Below are positions 1 to 13,342 of a DNA stretch of 64,000 nucleotides, in pieces (the stretch's first letter is position 1; each line of letters opens with the position of its first letter). Both the position numbers and the translations under genes were made by a program. The stretch spans positions 24,926,001 to 24,990,000 of the forward strand of contig NC_058383.1 of the NCBI RefSeq assembly GCF_018350175.1, in the 5' to 3' direction. The notes below the pieces were generated by a model that worked only from the letters and a program-made list of their open reading frames with translations, searched no databases and had not been told where the DNA came from. Source of the stretch: Felis catus. Lineage: Eukaryota.

Positions 1-333
1 CACAGTCCATGTGCTGGGCTATGGGAGGCATGAGGCTCAGCCTAAGGTGTATCTGTCCAGGTGAGCCACCAGCCATCCGTAGTTGTTTGATGAGTTATGA
101 AAACACCTGAACCAGGGCGTTTATGGGTCTCCATCAAGGTTTAAGGGGTGGTTCTCCCCTTTGCCTTGGGATCACCTGAAGCATGTGGGGCTACCCTCTG
201 CATGTGCCTTGGGATCTGACTGGGCCAAAGAGTTTAAGATGCTTGAGGAATGAGGGGAGGGTTTGTTTTTTTAATCTCTGCACAATCTCCTCGAATCAGA
301 ATAAACCTCCATCCCTTCTAGGGCCTTTTGCAG

Positions 334-398
334 ATCCCAAAGTTGCTCCTGTGAGTGAGAACAACACAGACTCTACCAAAAGGGCCAAGAAGGATAAG
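334..398 (+). CDS. Candidate coding exon, homologue of the MIA3/TANGO1 DPGSG...DEGK exon
   Basis: ttttgcag|ATCCC...GATAAG|gtaaac; 65 nt, phase 1 to 0; translates (D)PKVAPVSENNTDSTKRAKKDK. The paralog at 23845 reads DPGCGAAPMGNIS..., close to recalled MIA3 DPGSGTATMMNSS...DEGK. Confidence 0.6.
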
Positions 399-916
399 GT
401 AAACGCCATGGCCGTTTTCAGTAAAACTCTTCTGGGAAACTCTTATTTTTCTGTTCAGTGCTCTCTCCTGGCACTGTGTCTGTTTTGTGTGTTGTATGAT
501 ACGTCTGCTTGTTTTTCTTATTTACCAAATGCACAACCTTAACCCAAGTGTCTATGGGCTTCTCTATTTTCTGCCTGTCAACTCCTTATAGTAAGTTTAG
601 AAGCCAAACGTATTTAGAGGTGAGGACCTTAGGACTTTTCCAGTGTGTTCCTGGAAATAACCCAAGTAGGATGACCCCACACTTCACCTGGAAGTCTCCT
701 GGCATGCCTCATATTTCCTGGACCTCCTCAATGTGGAATCATTGCTCTTGCTGTTTCTTCCTTTCCTGGTTCTGTCTAGGGGATTAACGTGTTCACAAAA
801 TCTAAGGTTATCCTTATGGTTCGAAAATGCAAACTGCCTTCACTCCAACTTAGATTTTTGTATGTGTCATTTAGAGTGGTCTTAGACAAACTAAATTTCA
901 TACCCATCAGCCTTCA

Positions 917-918
<2 letters not shown>

Positions 919-954
<36 letters not shown>
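919..954. repeat. Poly(T) tract
   Basis: Uninterrupted T run of about 36 nt. Confidence 0.95.
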
Positions 955-955
<1 letters not shown>

Positions 956-1961
956 GTGAATGTGCTGTCCAGAATCCCTTCAGGTGTGCCCCGGGTGTAA
1001 ATACTCTGAACTATTTTTGTGACATATTTGTCCTTGAAACATGCACTGGAATATGAGTGGTGAAGAAGAGAAAATCCATAATTACCTGCATTGTAATTCT
1101 GCACTGTGTCCTTTATTTGGGTTCCCATGAGCAGGTTCTCTTGTGTCCTGGGTCACTCTTACAGGTGGAACATGGACATTTACAGCAGAAACAAATGTGC
1201 ATTTGTGATAATTCTGTTATTTAGAATTTCAGCTCATTTTTCTAAAGGACACAATTACCTTGCAAATTGTACTGTACTTAAACTGAGAAGTACTTCTGAA
1301 TTAAAATGAATTAGCTAAGCTTAACTAACATGTATAGATCGGTAGCATGTTTCTCTAAGAATATGCATCCAGATGTTTTTCAGGACCTCAGGATCCCCAC
1401 CCCTCTATGTGTCTCTGTGCCCGTGGATAGCACTTCTACACAGGAGAAGACCCCATTGTCGGGAGAGAAGCAGATTGGGCACAGGCGAGGGCTTAGAGGC
1501 AGAGCTTTGAGCCATGAGGGCTATGAGTCCATGTGTGGAGCCTGGGATTGTCATTCCTTCCCATTCAGAAGTTCTTCACTTACGAATAAGCAGCCTGTGT
1601 GTGGAGGGGGATGAGAGGTGGCGGGTGGTCCTGGACTTAGATGCCTTCCTATTGGGAATATGCTATTTTGTTAATTTGGCATTCACACCATAAATCCACT
1701 AGGACAAGAGCCCTTGCTGTTCTACATTTGCAGACATGTGAGGACACTAGGTTATCCCCATAGCATCCATTACCCACCCCAAAAGCTGTAAGTGGAACCC
1801 AAAGTATGGGTAGAGGCTCCCTGGCACTGATGCTGCCCTCTTGGAACCTGGTGGGGGGAAAGCTGGCTGGAGATGAGCACTGCTTCTTTGGGTTTCCACT
1901 TTTTGCTGGTGTTGATGCTCTGTTCTGTCCTATGAACACAGCATTCGTTTCTGTTCTGCAG

Positions 1962-2100
1962 GCCATTATGTATGCAAGAGGGCCTGGTCCTTTCCCAGGA
2001 TGGCCTTGCAGGCCCTACCACATGGATGGCCCCTTATCACCAGCCATGGCCTGTGGGCCACCTTCCCCTCCTCCACCAGCTCTTCCACCTACTCCACTTG
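1962..2100 (+). CDS. Candidate proline-rich coding exon, homologue of the MIA3/TANGO1 VNMAPKGPPPFPG exon
   Basis: ctgttctgcag|GCC...CTTG|gtaaga; 139 nt, phase 0 to 1, open: AIMYARGPGPFPGWPCRPYHMDGPLSPAMACGPPSPPPPALPPTPL. Joins in frame to exon 334-398. Confidence 0.65.
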
Positions 2101-3152
2101 GTAAGATGACCTGACCTGGATGAGTGACTGGTAAAGCACATGCATCTTCTTCATGAAAGACTTGGTGGGAATGATGTAATGATGGTTCTGAGTCTTGGCA
2201 ACCCACCTGCAAACCTGGCTAAGGACACTGTAACATATCTCAAGTTTCTCAGGACTTACATACAATGGGCTGTGTCATTTCCCTGTAATGAGGTGAGCTA
2301 TAGGTTTCTCTTGTCGAAAAGAAAGAGGATGTTTACACAAAGGCAGAGGTATCAGAGGTACTGGTGTGTTTTTTACAGACACAATGTTGTGGGTTCTGTG
2401 AAGGATGAGGTGCACCCCTAAATTTAGGTGCCTCAGGTGTCCTGTGTGAAATGGATCACATGCGTTATGTGACACAGATCTTGTGATCACCAGTGAAGGA
2501 ATGGGGGAAACTTGAATCACACAGGAATAGAAGGAAAGTTGTGGAAGGTAAGCAGAGTTTGAGGAGGTGTGGAGGAGAGGCTGTTGGGGACAGTAGGTTG
2601 GAGTTGGAAGCCATTCCTGGCAGGGCCCACAGCCTGGGCAGGGAGCTTGAGGACAGCATGAGATCTGCAAAGAACTGCTTCATGGGTGCAAGCACAGTGT
2701 ACAATGCAGTCATTATCTCCAAAATGTCAACATTACCGCAGTGCACATAGTTCATAATCTAAATACAGTTTGTTGTTTCCCTTGGGTTTCTGAAAGGTCT
2801 GGACACGTATGAAAGAATGTGCTGGAGATTTGGGAAATTAAACTTGGTCTTAGGAAATGCCGAAGTTTGTGTGTCTCAGTGAGACTAAAGGTGATGACAG
2901 GTTGTAGATCAGCTGAGCGGCTTCCTTGGCCTTCAGCCTGAGTCAGACTCTTAGTGGGGATTCAGGGTTGACCAGAAGCCGCCCCTGCTGGACTCCTGTC
3001 ACCACACACCTGCATCTGCTGTCATCACCCTGCCTGCAAGTTTGCATCTCCGAAATTTCCCTCACAATATCCTGAGGCTTTGCCTGTGTTCCTGCTGTCT
3101 CATCCCTAATACCAGCTCCCAGTGGAGCCATCTCAGATCCTCAGCTTTGTTA

Positions 3153-4904
3153 TCTGAGAAACAGGGATAGTGTTGGGTTCTGAGATCAGTATGATGAAGA
3201 GGTGACAACCACATAAGGAATTTGTAAAATAAATGGGATGAGTGGGCACTCACCCTCCTCAGTGTGTAAATGAAGGTATCTCCACACAGAAGCTCATCAA
3301 GAGATGTTCATTCAATTCCATTAAACTAAGAGTATAATGCCTGAGGCTGAGAGATTGGCAATCCCTGTTTCAAAAGATACAGCAAAGACCCCTGTGTTTT
3401 CCCTATTAGAGTCCAGGTCCTACCTCACACAGGAGGAAAAGATAACTATGAGAAAGTGTACATTCAGGGATCTATATCTCAGACCTGAAGACAATCATCT
3501 TCCATTACTGGTAGACACACAGATGCAGCCACACAATTAAGTGTTCGTCCAAGGTATATTTTCAAGGACAAAACGCATAGAGGAGAACAGAAGATCCCAT
3601 TGCTATAACCCAAAATCTCTTTGCCTTTCAGGACAACTTGAAGTTTGAAGAGGACCCTAAACTGTGACCAATAGGCTGTGGCGATGTGATATATTGAGAA
3701 AAGTTGTCTGATACGCGTATTTGAATGAATCCTTTCCCTGACCATTCCTGTCCCCTCTATTTTGTGTGTCCTCTTTTCCTGTAATAAACCCATCATAGCT
3801 CTGCCTCTGTGTCAGTGTCTCCTTCCAGGAGGACCTACGGTCATTGTATTTCGATGCACACAGTGTGACTCCTGTATACACTGTCACAAACAGGTAGAAT
3901 CTACAGTAATAGGGACAGAAGACAAGTCATTATTTGAATTGTATTGATTGCACATGTCCCCCTGGATCCTTCTGGGATGGTGGACACAACCTTCATCTAG
4001 ATCTGGTGATGGTTGTGTTCACTCCTCAGTAGATACTCACAAGCACATGGCACCTGCTAGTCACAGTGGTGTGTGGTGATCAGCAAGACAGCCATCAGTC
4101 CCCAGGGAGTGGCTGATTTCTGATTACAAGAAATGGATGAGGGGTCAGCAGTGTCTCTGGTAGAACAATGAGGAAACCCTGCATTAATCCAGGTGTTGGG
4201 GACTTTTCCCACTTACGAGCTACCTCACAGTAGCACTAATCCAGGTGGGAGCTGAGGTAGACTAGTGGTAGCAGTTTTCGGGGTGAGCCTTATGATGTCC
4301 CATATTTCTCCCAGTGCTTTCTTTTTTTCTTCTAATTTTTGCAATGTTTGTTTATTTTTTTGAATGAGAGAGAAATACAGAGCACAAGCAAGGGAGGGGC
4401 AGAGAGAGAGAGAGAGGGAGACATAGAATCCAAAGCAGGCTCCAGGCTCTGAGCTGTCAGCCCAGAACCCGACCAGAGGCTCAAACTCACGACTCACGAG
4501 ATCAAATCTGAGCCAAAGTCAGACGCTTAACTGACTGAGCCACGCAGGCTCCCCTCCTCCCACTGTTTCCTTAGTGAGGGATGGGCAGGGCAGAGGTCCA
4601 TGACATGATACCCGTTCCTTCTTCACCACCATGGAGGAGTTGGTTGTAAGCATCTGGCTCTTTCCAGATCCTCAAACCCCATGCATTCTTCTCTGGAGCC
4701 CCTGACACCTGCAGGGCCCTCCTTTCTCCCAGGTTGTGGAGGTAACCAGCCCTCCAGCATCTTTGGGATCATGGCTGGGCCACCCAGGGGTCAAGGTCTG
4801 GCTGTCCACATGCTTCCCGGGAGTGTCTGGGAACAGCAATGCTGCAGTAAACGTCATCATGAGCAGCTTCTATAAAGAGGATTTTCGTCCACTGTGATCA
4901 GGGC
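3153..4904 (-). other. Candidate spliced minus-strand transcript, copy A (exons 4904-4217, 3484-3424, 3325-3254, and an exon starting at 3153); lncRNA-like or pseudogene
   Basis: AG acceptors with pyrimidine tracts, and donors GTAAGT, GTAGGA and GTGAGT, at the same positions as in copy B. The 61-nt exon, 72-nt exon and 100-nt last intron have identical lengths in A and B. No reading frame is conserved. Confidence 0.45.
4320..4554 (-). mobile_element. Can-SINE (feliform SINEC type), present in copy A only
   Basis: Minus-strand head GGGGAGCCTGCGTGGCTCAGTC, (CT)n region and A tail; degenerate TSD ctcccagtgctttctt / ctcccactgtttcctt; empty site near 27731. Confidence 0.92.
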
Positions 4905-6639
4905 CTGGGCTTAAAACATGACAGGAGAGAGGGGGACACAGATATGTGGTGCCCTGATCCCTGGACAGGGCTGCACAGAACAGAAGGCACAAGGCCTGGG
5001 GAGAGGCAGAGAAAGAGACAGGCAGGAAAAGAGACAGTGAGTGACAGGGGAATTGGGCAAGTCCTAGAGAGTGAGAGAAAGAAACAGAGGGAGACAGGGG
5101 TAGGGAGAAGCAAAGACAGAAATGAAGCACACAGGAAAGGACGGAGCTGGTACAGTGTGCGGAGGGGGCTATAGGCCACGCAAAAGGGGCTCTGTGAAGA
5201 TGCTCTTAGGGTCGGAGGCAGAAAGGGTAGGAAACCTGGGTATTACAGTTCCCTCATTTCAAGGCTCCAACCTCACTGGGGCAAGCTCTGTAGAGGCCAT
5301 TGCCCCTGGGAAGATGGGTCCCCCTCATTTTGCCTGGCGTGTTGGGGCCCAGTCTCAGGGACGGTCATGGAGAGAAATGGCTTGAGGGAGAGCATGCATT
5401 TCATTAGCAGGTAAAGTCCAGAGTGTATCCCATGGGGAGGTAACCATGATCTGTCTCCGCCACTTCCCCCAGTCCCTGCTCCCTTCCCCACTGCTCCAGC
5501 ATGACCTTCCTTATGTTCCACAGCCAGGCGTCAGGCATTGTGCTGCCCCCAGAGCCTATAGCCTGGAACTTGCACAGATGGATTATTGATCTCAACCAAA
5601 AGTATTTGAGAATAAGGTCCATATTCTCCTTCTAGCACTAGTTATGTGCAACATGATAGGGGGTTGCTATTCTTGCATCTACTGCTGGTCTCAGGATTCT
5701 GGATTGTAAGTGAGCAGTTTAAACCAGCACAGCCTTCTCTCACATGAAAGGAGAAACCTATTTCTTCACCCAGCCTTCCTCTGATTGTGAAGAGATGGCA
5801 TTTATCATTTGAAGGCACAATTATCTACCTATGAGTCTCATGGAAATTATTTCATCTGTCTTCATCCCTGAAGCACCTTTCATTGAAAATATTACCCATA
5901 TACAGGCAGGAAATTCATAACAGATGTGTAACTCCCTCTAGGTATGCATTCTGACATTGTCACATTTGTGTCATCAAACATATTATTGACAACTTGAAAA
6001 ATAAGCTCTCAACATCAAGATGGTGACATTAGAGACTGTGGTATAAATGCAATTTCATACGTTCTTATTAGAAATAATTTTTTTAATGAAGGAAAATTTA
6101 AAATAATGTCAATTTTTTATTGAAATATAGTGGACACACCATGTTGTATTAGTTTCAGGTATACATCATAGTGATTCTGTGTCTATACGTTATGCTCTCC
6201 ATATACCTACACAAGTGTAGCTATCATGTGAAAGCATGCAACACTTTATTATAGAATTGACTATATTCCATAGGCTGTACCTTGTATCTCAGTGACATAT
6301 TCATTCCATAGCTGGAAGCCTGTATCTCTTTCTCCAAGGTGGCAATTTTTTATTTAACCCAAGTATTTTGGTGGTAAACACAATTACCTGTAGTTTAGCA
6401 TGTGTAAATTTGTAGTCTGGATTTCTTTGAATGTTGCTTAAAGCGTTACAAATTATATCATGACATTAATAAATTCGGTTTCGTTCTTCACTCACTAAAC
6501 AGGAGAAGGAAAAGATTCTTTCTGGGTCCCAGGCCCTGTGACTAAGACCCATTCTAATCTGGAGAACAGGCTTAACTGGACCAGCTGCACCCTCAATACT
6601 TTCAGCTGAGCGGCCATGGCCTTGAGCATTGCAGGAATT

Positions 6640-6910
6640 CCCACGGAGGCCAGCAGAGGGCGCGCACGCACCGCGAACAGGGAGGGGCCGGTTCCTGCGC
6701 GCCCCCCCAATTAGGCTTTTCTGATCCTGGGCGGCTCAGAGCAGGAAAGGTTCCCGTTGCTTCTGAGGACCCAGTGCCTGTGACTGTGAGCAAAGAGCCA
6801 GAGCTGGGTTTCCAGCAGGTCCCGCCGCCGGCCTCGGGGAGACCCTGGACGCTTCGCAGCAACTTGGCGTCTCCTCAGTGGTGGGGCTGAGTAGCGAGGA
6901 GGGGCGCTGG
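6640..6910. promoter_or_regulatory. CpG-rich promoter-like segment with CTCF core motif
   Basis: Local CpG cluster in otherwise CpG-poor DNA; CCAGCAGAGGGCGC at 6650-6663 matches the CTCF core consensus and is identical at 30485-30498. Confidence 0.6.
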
Positions 6911-7191
6911 GTAGCTTCCCTGATGGTCAGTGAGGCACCTGATGCTCAGTGAGCTGCTCAGCCACTTGCATTTTCTGGGCTGTTCCATGGTTTGTTCCTC
7001 GTTTTCCCTGCCGATATTTGAACAAGATGTTTTTCAGTCCGTGGAATCCGTGGATTCAGGGGGTCCTGCAATGCCACGTCAGAGATGCTGGGGTTGGTTT
7101 GTTCCAGATTCAGGCTTGTTTTGGGGGGAGAAATCCTGACACAAATTTGGAGGAATGGGAGCAGCATTCAGTTGGGTAGTGAAGACAGGAA

Positions 7192-7266
7192 ATGTTGACT
7201 CTCAGGACCTTCTGGAAGAATGAGCTGAGACCCACTTTCCGAGTCCTGCTGGAACCAGAGACCGAG
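7192..7266 (+). CDS. Candidate first coding exon (25 codons, phase-0 donor)
   Basis: gaaATG...ACCGAG|gtaaaa; MLTLRTFWKNELRPTFRVLLEPETE. ATG, 75-nt length and donor are kept at 31034-31108. Confidence 0.35.
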
Positions 7267-10200
7267 GTAAAAACACAATGTGCCCTCCACATCATACATG
7301 CTTTTATTAATTTTCAGTGGGAGTTTTTTCCATCAATGTTGTAGTCGTTGAAAACAACTGAAAACCTGACACTTAGATTGTGTCATGAACCTCCCGTTGT
7401 TTGAATATTCAATATTATTCCTGCAACAGAATTTGTTACAATTATCCTTTCTTGTTTTCATTGGAAGAAATCTTATCAATAATACCTTAAAAACATACTC
7501 GTTACCTTATTTCCTTTTCAGTTGAGATTTGGCATGTTTTCTAATTTCTCATAAACTCATGAAAATCTGAAATACTTTTAAATTGATAGCAGATTTTACT
7601 AAAAGCTCCTTCACAGGATCCCCCTGTGACTACTACTGGTCAAAGAACGTAGCAAGGCCACTTCTCAGTGTAGGGAAGATTGTACTAAGCAAACACTGTG
7701 AGTCAGTTTTAGAAGAAAAAGCCTGATGCTATTTTGTCTTTATTAAAATTGATGCTTCTATCCCCTGTTGGATACATTTCCACTTTTTAAAATTTTTTTC
7801 TTTTTTGCTCATTTCTCATTCAGATATTCGTAGACCTGACTGAGTTTTACATTCACCACACATAGTTTCAAGGCCCCTTTCTGTCCCTGTAAGAAAGAAG
7901 ACAGACGTTCTGATGAGCATGCAGCTTTCTGTAACCTCAAGATTTGTTTTTGTAGGTGTCTGTTAACTTTTTCCACCCAGTTGAAAATACCATCCCACCA
8001 TGCGTAGTTCCATAAAAAATGTAGTCTATGTGCACCAGTATGATTTCATTTCATTATAGTTGATTTCTTCATTTGATACCTTATGTGTATGCATATTAGA
8101 TGTTTTAAAAATGAGGAAATCCCACATATAATTGAATTTGAAAGAAAAATTTACATCCTAAATGTAAAATTATAAGATTTGCATATTGAATTCATAAATG
8201 TAGAATTTTTGCATGTGAAATTAGGGCTATTTTCTGAGAAAGATGCCAGGGAATAACCATTTCAGGGGGAAAGAATGGCATACAGTTTTTATATGCCTGC
8301 AGTAGTTACTCAATTATGTATCTGTTTATGAGCAATTTTGTGACAATGTCTCATTTTTCCAATTTATTAATGATTTCATAAGCTGAGTACATAACTTTTT
8401 ATTCCAAGATTATAAAACTGAATCTTTTATCTTCTATTGCTGTAAGAGTCTTTCCGTTTTATATTAATTTTTAACATTCAATTCTATTAATTTTTAACCC
8501 GATGTAATTAACATTGGGTTATATTTTCTTCAAGGTGTATAATATAATGATTTAACAATTCTTATATGACTCCCTGCTCCTCACCATAAGTTTATTCTTA
8601 ATCTCCTTCCCGTATTTTTCACCCATCCCCACACCCACCTCTGGTAAGCACCAGTTTCCTCTGTATATTTAAGAGTCTGTTTTTTGTCTGTCTGCTTCTC
8701 TCCATTTTGTTTCTTTGTTTCCAAAATTCCATGTAGAAGCGAAGTCATATGGTATTTTTCTTTCAGCACAGAGCCCAGTGAGGGGCTTGATCTCCAGAAC
8801 TGTGAAAGCATGACCTGAGCCCAAACCAAGAGTCAGATGCTTAACTGACTGAGCCTCTCAGGCACCTGAGGTGAATGACTTTTTAAATGCATTGTTGGAT
8901 TTGGGTTACAAATATTTTCTTGACAATTACTGTATCTATGTTCATCATAGGTATTGGCCTGTTTTTGTTATTGTTATTGTTTTGTTATATCTTTATGTGG
9001 CTTGGTATCAGGGTAATGATGGCATCATAGAATGAATTTGGAAACTTGCCTTCCACTCTCATATTTTGGAATATTTTAAGAATAGGTATTAACTGTTTCA
9101 ATGGTTGAAAGGATTCAGCTCTGAAGCCATCTGATCCTGGCCTTTTGTTTTTTGGGAGTTTGTTGATTACTGGTTGAATTTGATTGCTATTCATCAGTCC
9201 GTTCAAATTTTCTATTTCTTTCAGGTTCACTTTTAGATGTGATGTTTCTAGAAATTGATGCATTTCTTCTAGGTTGTCCATTTTGCTGGTATATAATTTT
9301 TCATGATATTCTGTTATCCTTTATATTTCTGTGATGTCTGTCATTATTTATCCTCTTTCATTTCTGCTTTTAGTTTAGTCCTCTTTTGAGGGGAAGGGGG
9401 ATGAGTCTGGCTAAAGGTGCATCCATTTTGTTTAATCTTTCAAACTATGAGCTTCTTGTTTCATTGGCGTCTTCTGCTGTCATGTGTCTATTGGCCATCT
9501 CTGTATCTTCTTTAGAGAGAGATCTGTTCATTTCTTCTGCTCGTTTTTTAATTGGATACTTTTGTGTGGGTTTATTTGCATTCTTTATATATTTGGGATA
9601 CTAACCCTGTTTTTGGATATGTCGTCTGCAAATATCTTCTCCCATTCAGTAGGCTTCCTTTTAGTTTTTATTGATTGTTTCTTTTGCTATGCAGAAGCTT
9701 TTTATTTTGGTGTAGTTCCAATAGTTTATTTTTGCTTTTATATCCCTTGCTTCAGGGGACATATCTAGAAAAATGCTGCGATGGTAGTTACCAGAGACAT
9801 TACTTCCTGTTCTCTGTTCTGGGATTTTTATGGATTCATGTCTCACATTAGGTCCTTAATCCATTTTGAATTTATTTTTCTGTATAGTGTAAGAAAGTGG
9901 TACAATGTTATTCTTTTGCTTATAGCTGACCAGTTTTTCCAGCACCATTTGTTGAAGAGCCTGGGTTTTCCCATTGGATATTCCTTGCTGCTTTGTTGAA
10001 GATGAATTGAACATAAAATTACAGGTTTATTTCTGGATAATTTATTCTGTTCCCTCAACATATGTGTTTATTTTTGTGCCAGGACCATACTGTTTTACTG
10101 CCTACTACTTCGCACTAGAACTTGAAGTCTTGAGTTGTGATCCCTCCAGCTTTGCTTTTGTTTTTCAAAGCTTCTTTGGTAATTTGGGATCTTTGCTGGT

Positions 10201-10322
10201 CCCACATATATTTAGGATTTTTGTTTTAGTTGTGTGAAAAATGCTGTTGGTACTGTGATAGAGATTGCATGAAATCTGTAGATTGCTTTGGGTAGTGTAG
10301 ATATTTCAAAAGTATTGGTTCT

Positions 10323-10784
10323 TGCTTATTTATTTATTTATTTATTTACTTAAAACATTTTTTAATGTTTGTTTATTTTTGAGAGAGAGACAGAGCGTGA
10401 GTTGGGGAGGGGCCGAAAGAGATGGAGACAGAATCCCAAGCAGGCTCCAGGCTCTGAGCTGTCATCACATGACCTGTTGTGGGGCTCGAATGCAGGAACT
10501 GTGAGATCATGACCCGAGCTGAAGTCGGACACTTAATCAACAGAGCCAGCCAGGTGCCCCCAACTTTTAAAATCTTTTTTAACGTTTTATTGATTTTGGA
10601 GAGACAGTGACAGACCGTGAGTGGGGGAGGGGAAGAGAGAGAGAGAGGAAGACACAGAATCCCAAGCAGGCTCCAGGCCCTGAGCTGTCAGCACAGAGCC
10701 CAACGTGGACCTCAAACCCACAAACGTGAGATCATGACCTGAGCTGAAGTTGGAAGCTTAACCGACTGAGCCACCCAGGTGCCC
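10323..10784 (-). mobile_element. Two tandem Can-SINEs
   Basis: Two copies of aagcaggctccaggc...tgagctgtca...gagatcatgacc...ccaggtgcccc. Confidence 0.9.
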
Positions 10785-13104
10785 CTGCTTCTTTCTGTGC
10801 ATGAGCATGGAATGCCTTTCCATTTATTTATGTTGTCTTCAGTTTCTCTCATCAGTGTTTCACAGTGGTCAAAGGTGTTGCACTTATTTGCTTAGGTTTA
10901 TTCCTAAGTATCTTATTATTTTATTGTGTAAATGTAATTGGGATTGTTTCCTTAATTCCCTTTTAGTGTTTTATTATTATTTTATACAAGTGCTACTGAT
11001 TTCTGCACATTGATTTTCTGTCTTGTGACGTTACTGAATTCAGGTATCATTTCTGGTAGTTTTTTTTGTGGACTCTTGTGAATTGTCTATATAGAGTATC
11101 ACGTCATCTGCATGTGGTGAGATTGTACTTCTTCCTTCCCAGTGTGGATTCCTTTTTATTTCTTTTTGTTGGCTAGGTGCTGTAGATAGGACTGCCGGTA
11201 CTCTGTTGAATACAAGTAGTGAAAGTGGACATCATTGTCTTGTTACTGACCTTGGAGGAAAGTTCTCAGTTTTCTCCGCTGAGTACGATGTCTGCTGTGG
11301 GTTTACATAGGTAGACTATATTAAGCTGAGGTATGTTCCCTCTAAACCTGCTTTTACAGAGTTTTAATAATGAATGGGTGTTGTACTTTATCAAATAATT
11401 TTTCTGTGTCTGTAGAAATGATATGTATTTTATCCTTTCACTTATTACTGTGCCATAGCAGTTTGATTGATTTTTTTAATATAAAACTACCCTTGCATTC
11501 TGGAAGTTATCCCACTTGATGCTGATGGACGATTTTTCAAATGTGTTGTTGGATTCCGTTTGCTAAATCTTGGTTGAGGGCTTTTGCATCTGTGTGCATG
11601 AACAATATGGACCTGTAGTTTTGTCTTTTCATGGTGTCTTTATACATGGTTTTGGAACAGGGTAATGCTGGTCTCATAGAATGAATTTGGATATTTTCCT
11701 TCCTGTTCTGTTTTCTGGAATAGTTTGACAAGTATAAGCATCAACTTTTCTTTAGATGTTTGATGAATTTGCCTGTGAAGTCCTCCAGTCCTGGTGTGTT
11801 GTCTGTTAAGTGTTTTTTGATTACTGAGTCGGTCTCCTTGCTAGTAAATAATCTGTTCAAATTTTCGATTTCATCCTGCTTCAGTTTTGGTAGGTTTCAT
11901 GTTTCTAGGAATTGATCCATATATTCCAGTTTGTCCAGTTTGTTGGCATATAGTTTTTCACAATATTCTCTTAAAATTGTTTGTATTTCATGGTGTTGGT
12001 TGTTCTTCTCTGTCATGGTTATTTATATGAGTCCTTTCTTTTTCCTTTTCTGATTAGTCTGGCTAGGGTTATCAATTTTATTGATCTTTTCATGGAAGCA
12101 GCTCCTAATTTCATTTATTTTATCCTGCTGTGTTTTTAATTTCTATATCATTTATTTCTCCTCTGCTTTTAATCATTTTCTTCATTCTGCTGTTTGGGAG
12201 TTTTGTTTGTTGTCCTTTGTCTAGCTTTTATTGTTATAAGATTAGGTAGTTTACTTGAGTTTTTTTTTTTTTGTTTTTTTGTTTTTTTTTTCCTGAGGCA
12301 GACCTGTATTGCTGTAAATTTCCCTGTTAGAACCACTTTTGGTGCTTTACAAAAGTTTGGATTGTTGTGTTTTCATTTTCATTTGTTTCCATGTCCTTTT
12401 GGATTTCTTCTTTGATTTCTTGGTTGACCCATTGATTGTTTAGGAGCATGTTATTTAACTTCCATGTTTTTGTGCTTTTTCCAGATTTTTTTTCTTGTTG
12501 TAAACTTATACTTTCATGGCATTGTGGTATGAAAAGATACATGGTATGACTTCGATCTTTTTGAATTTGTTTTGGCTTGTTTTATGACATATTTTATCTA
12601 GTGTGGGGAATGTTCCATGTACACCTGAAAAGAATGTGTATTGTGCTGTTTTAGGATGGAATGTCCTAAATATATCTGTTAAGTCCATCTGGTCCAGTGT
12701 ATCATTCAAAGTCACTACTTACTTGTTGATTTTCTAATCGAATGGTCTCTCCATTGATGTAATTGGGGTGTTAAAGTGCCCTACTATGTTTTTGACTGTT
12801 TTATGTATTTGGATGCCCCCACATTGAGTGCATATATGTTTACAATTGTTCTTTTTGTTGGATTGTACCTTTTTTTAATTATAATGTCCTTCTTTGTCTC
12901 TTGTTACGGTTTTATTTTTAAATCTATTTTGTCTGATATAGGTATTGCTGCTGCAGTTTTCTTTTGATACCCATTTGCATGCTAAATGTTTCCCCATCCC
13001 ACTGCTTTCTATTTGTAGGTATCTTTAGTTCTATGATTTGTCTCTTGTAGGTAAAAGATAGATGGGTCCTATATTTTTATTCATTCTACCACCCAGTGCC
13101 TTTT

Positions 13105-13154
13105 ATTATTAAGAGAGAAAGCACAGGCATGGGAAGGCAGAGGAGTGGGGAGGA

Positions 13155-13187
<33 letters not shown>

Positions 13188-13342
13188 GAATGACAATGAC
13201 AATGACAATGACAATGAATCTTAAGCAGGTTCCATGCTCAGTGCAGAGCCTAACATGGGGCTCAATCCCATGATCCTGGGATCATAGCCTGAGCCAAAAT
13301 CAAGAGTCGAAGTCTCAAGCAATTGAGCCATCCAGATGCCCC
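13105..13342 (-). mobile_element. Older carnivore SINE with (GA)n and (AATGAC)n tracts
   Basis: SINE body ttaagcaggttccatgctcagtgcagagcc...ccagatgcccc; flanking repeat cacccagtgccttt on both sides. Confidence 0.85.

Larger units (their letters stand above)
1..7390. repeat. Segmental duplication copy A (direct paralog of about 23515-31220)
   Basis: Co-linear shared strings: gagttatgaaaacacctgaacca (about 93) vs tagttataaaaacacctgaacca (about 23608); ctgagtcagactcttag (about 2938 vs 26407); ggccagcagagggcgc (6648 vs 30483); gtcctgctggaaccagagac (about 7243 vs 31085). Offset is about 23.5-23.8 kb. Confidence 0.95.

Noticed and set aside
907..1128. ORF ending in poly-lysine
   Set aside because: The lysine run is just the poly(T) tract read on the minus strand.
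5404..5640. Minus-strand ORF shared by A and B (MDLILKYF... / MDLIVKYF...), with an EGF-like GEYGPYCQ in another frame of copy B
   Set aside because: Similarity is explained by the duplication. There is no recognisable family and no convincing splice boundary.
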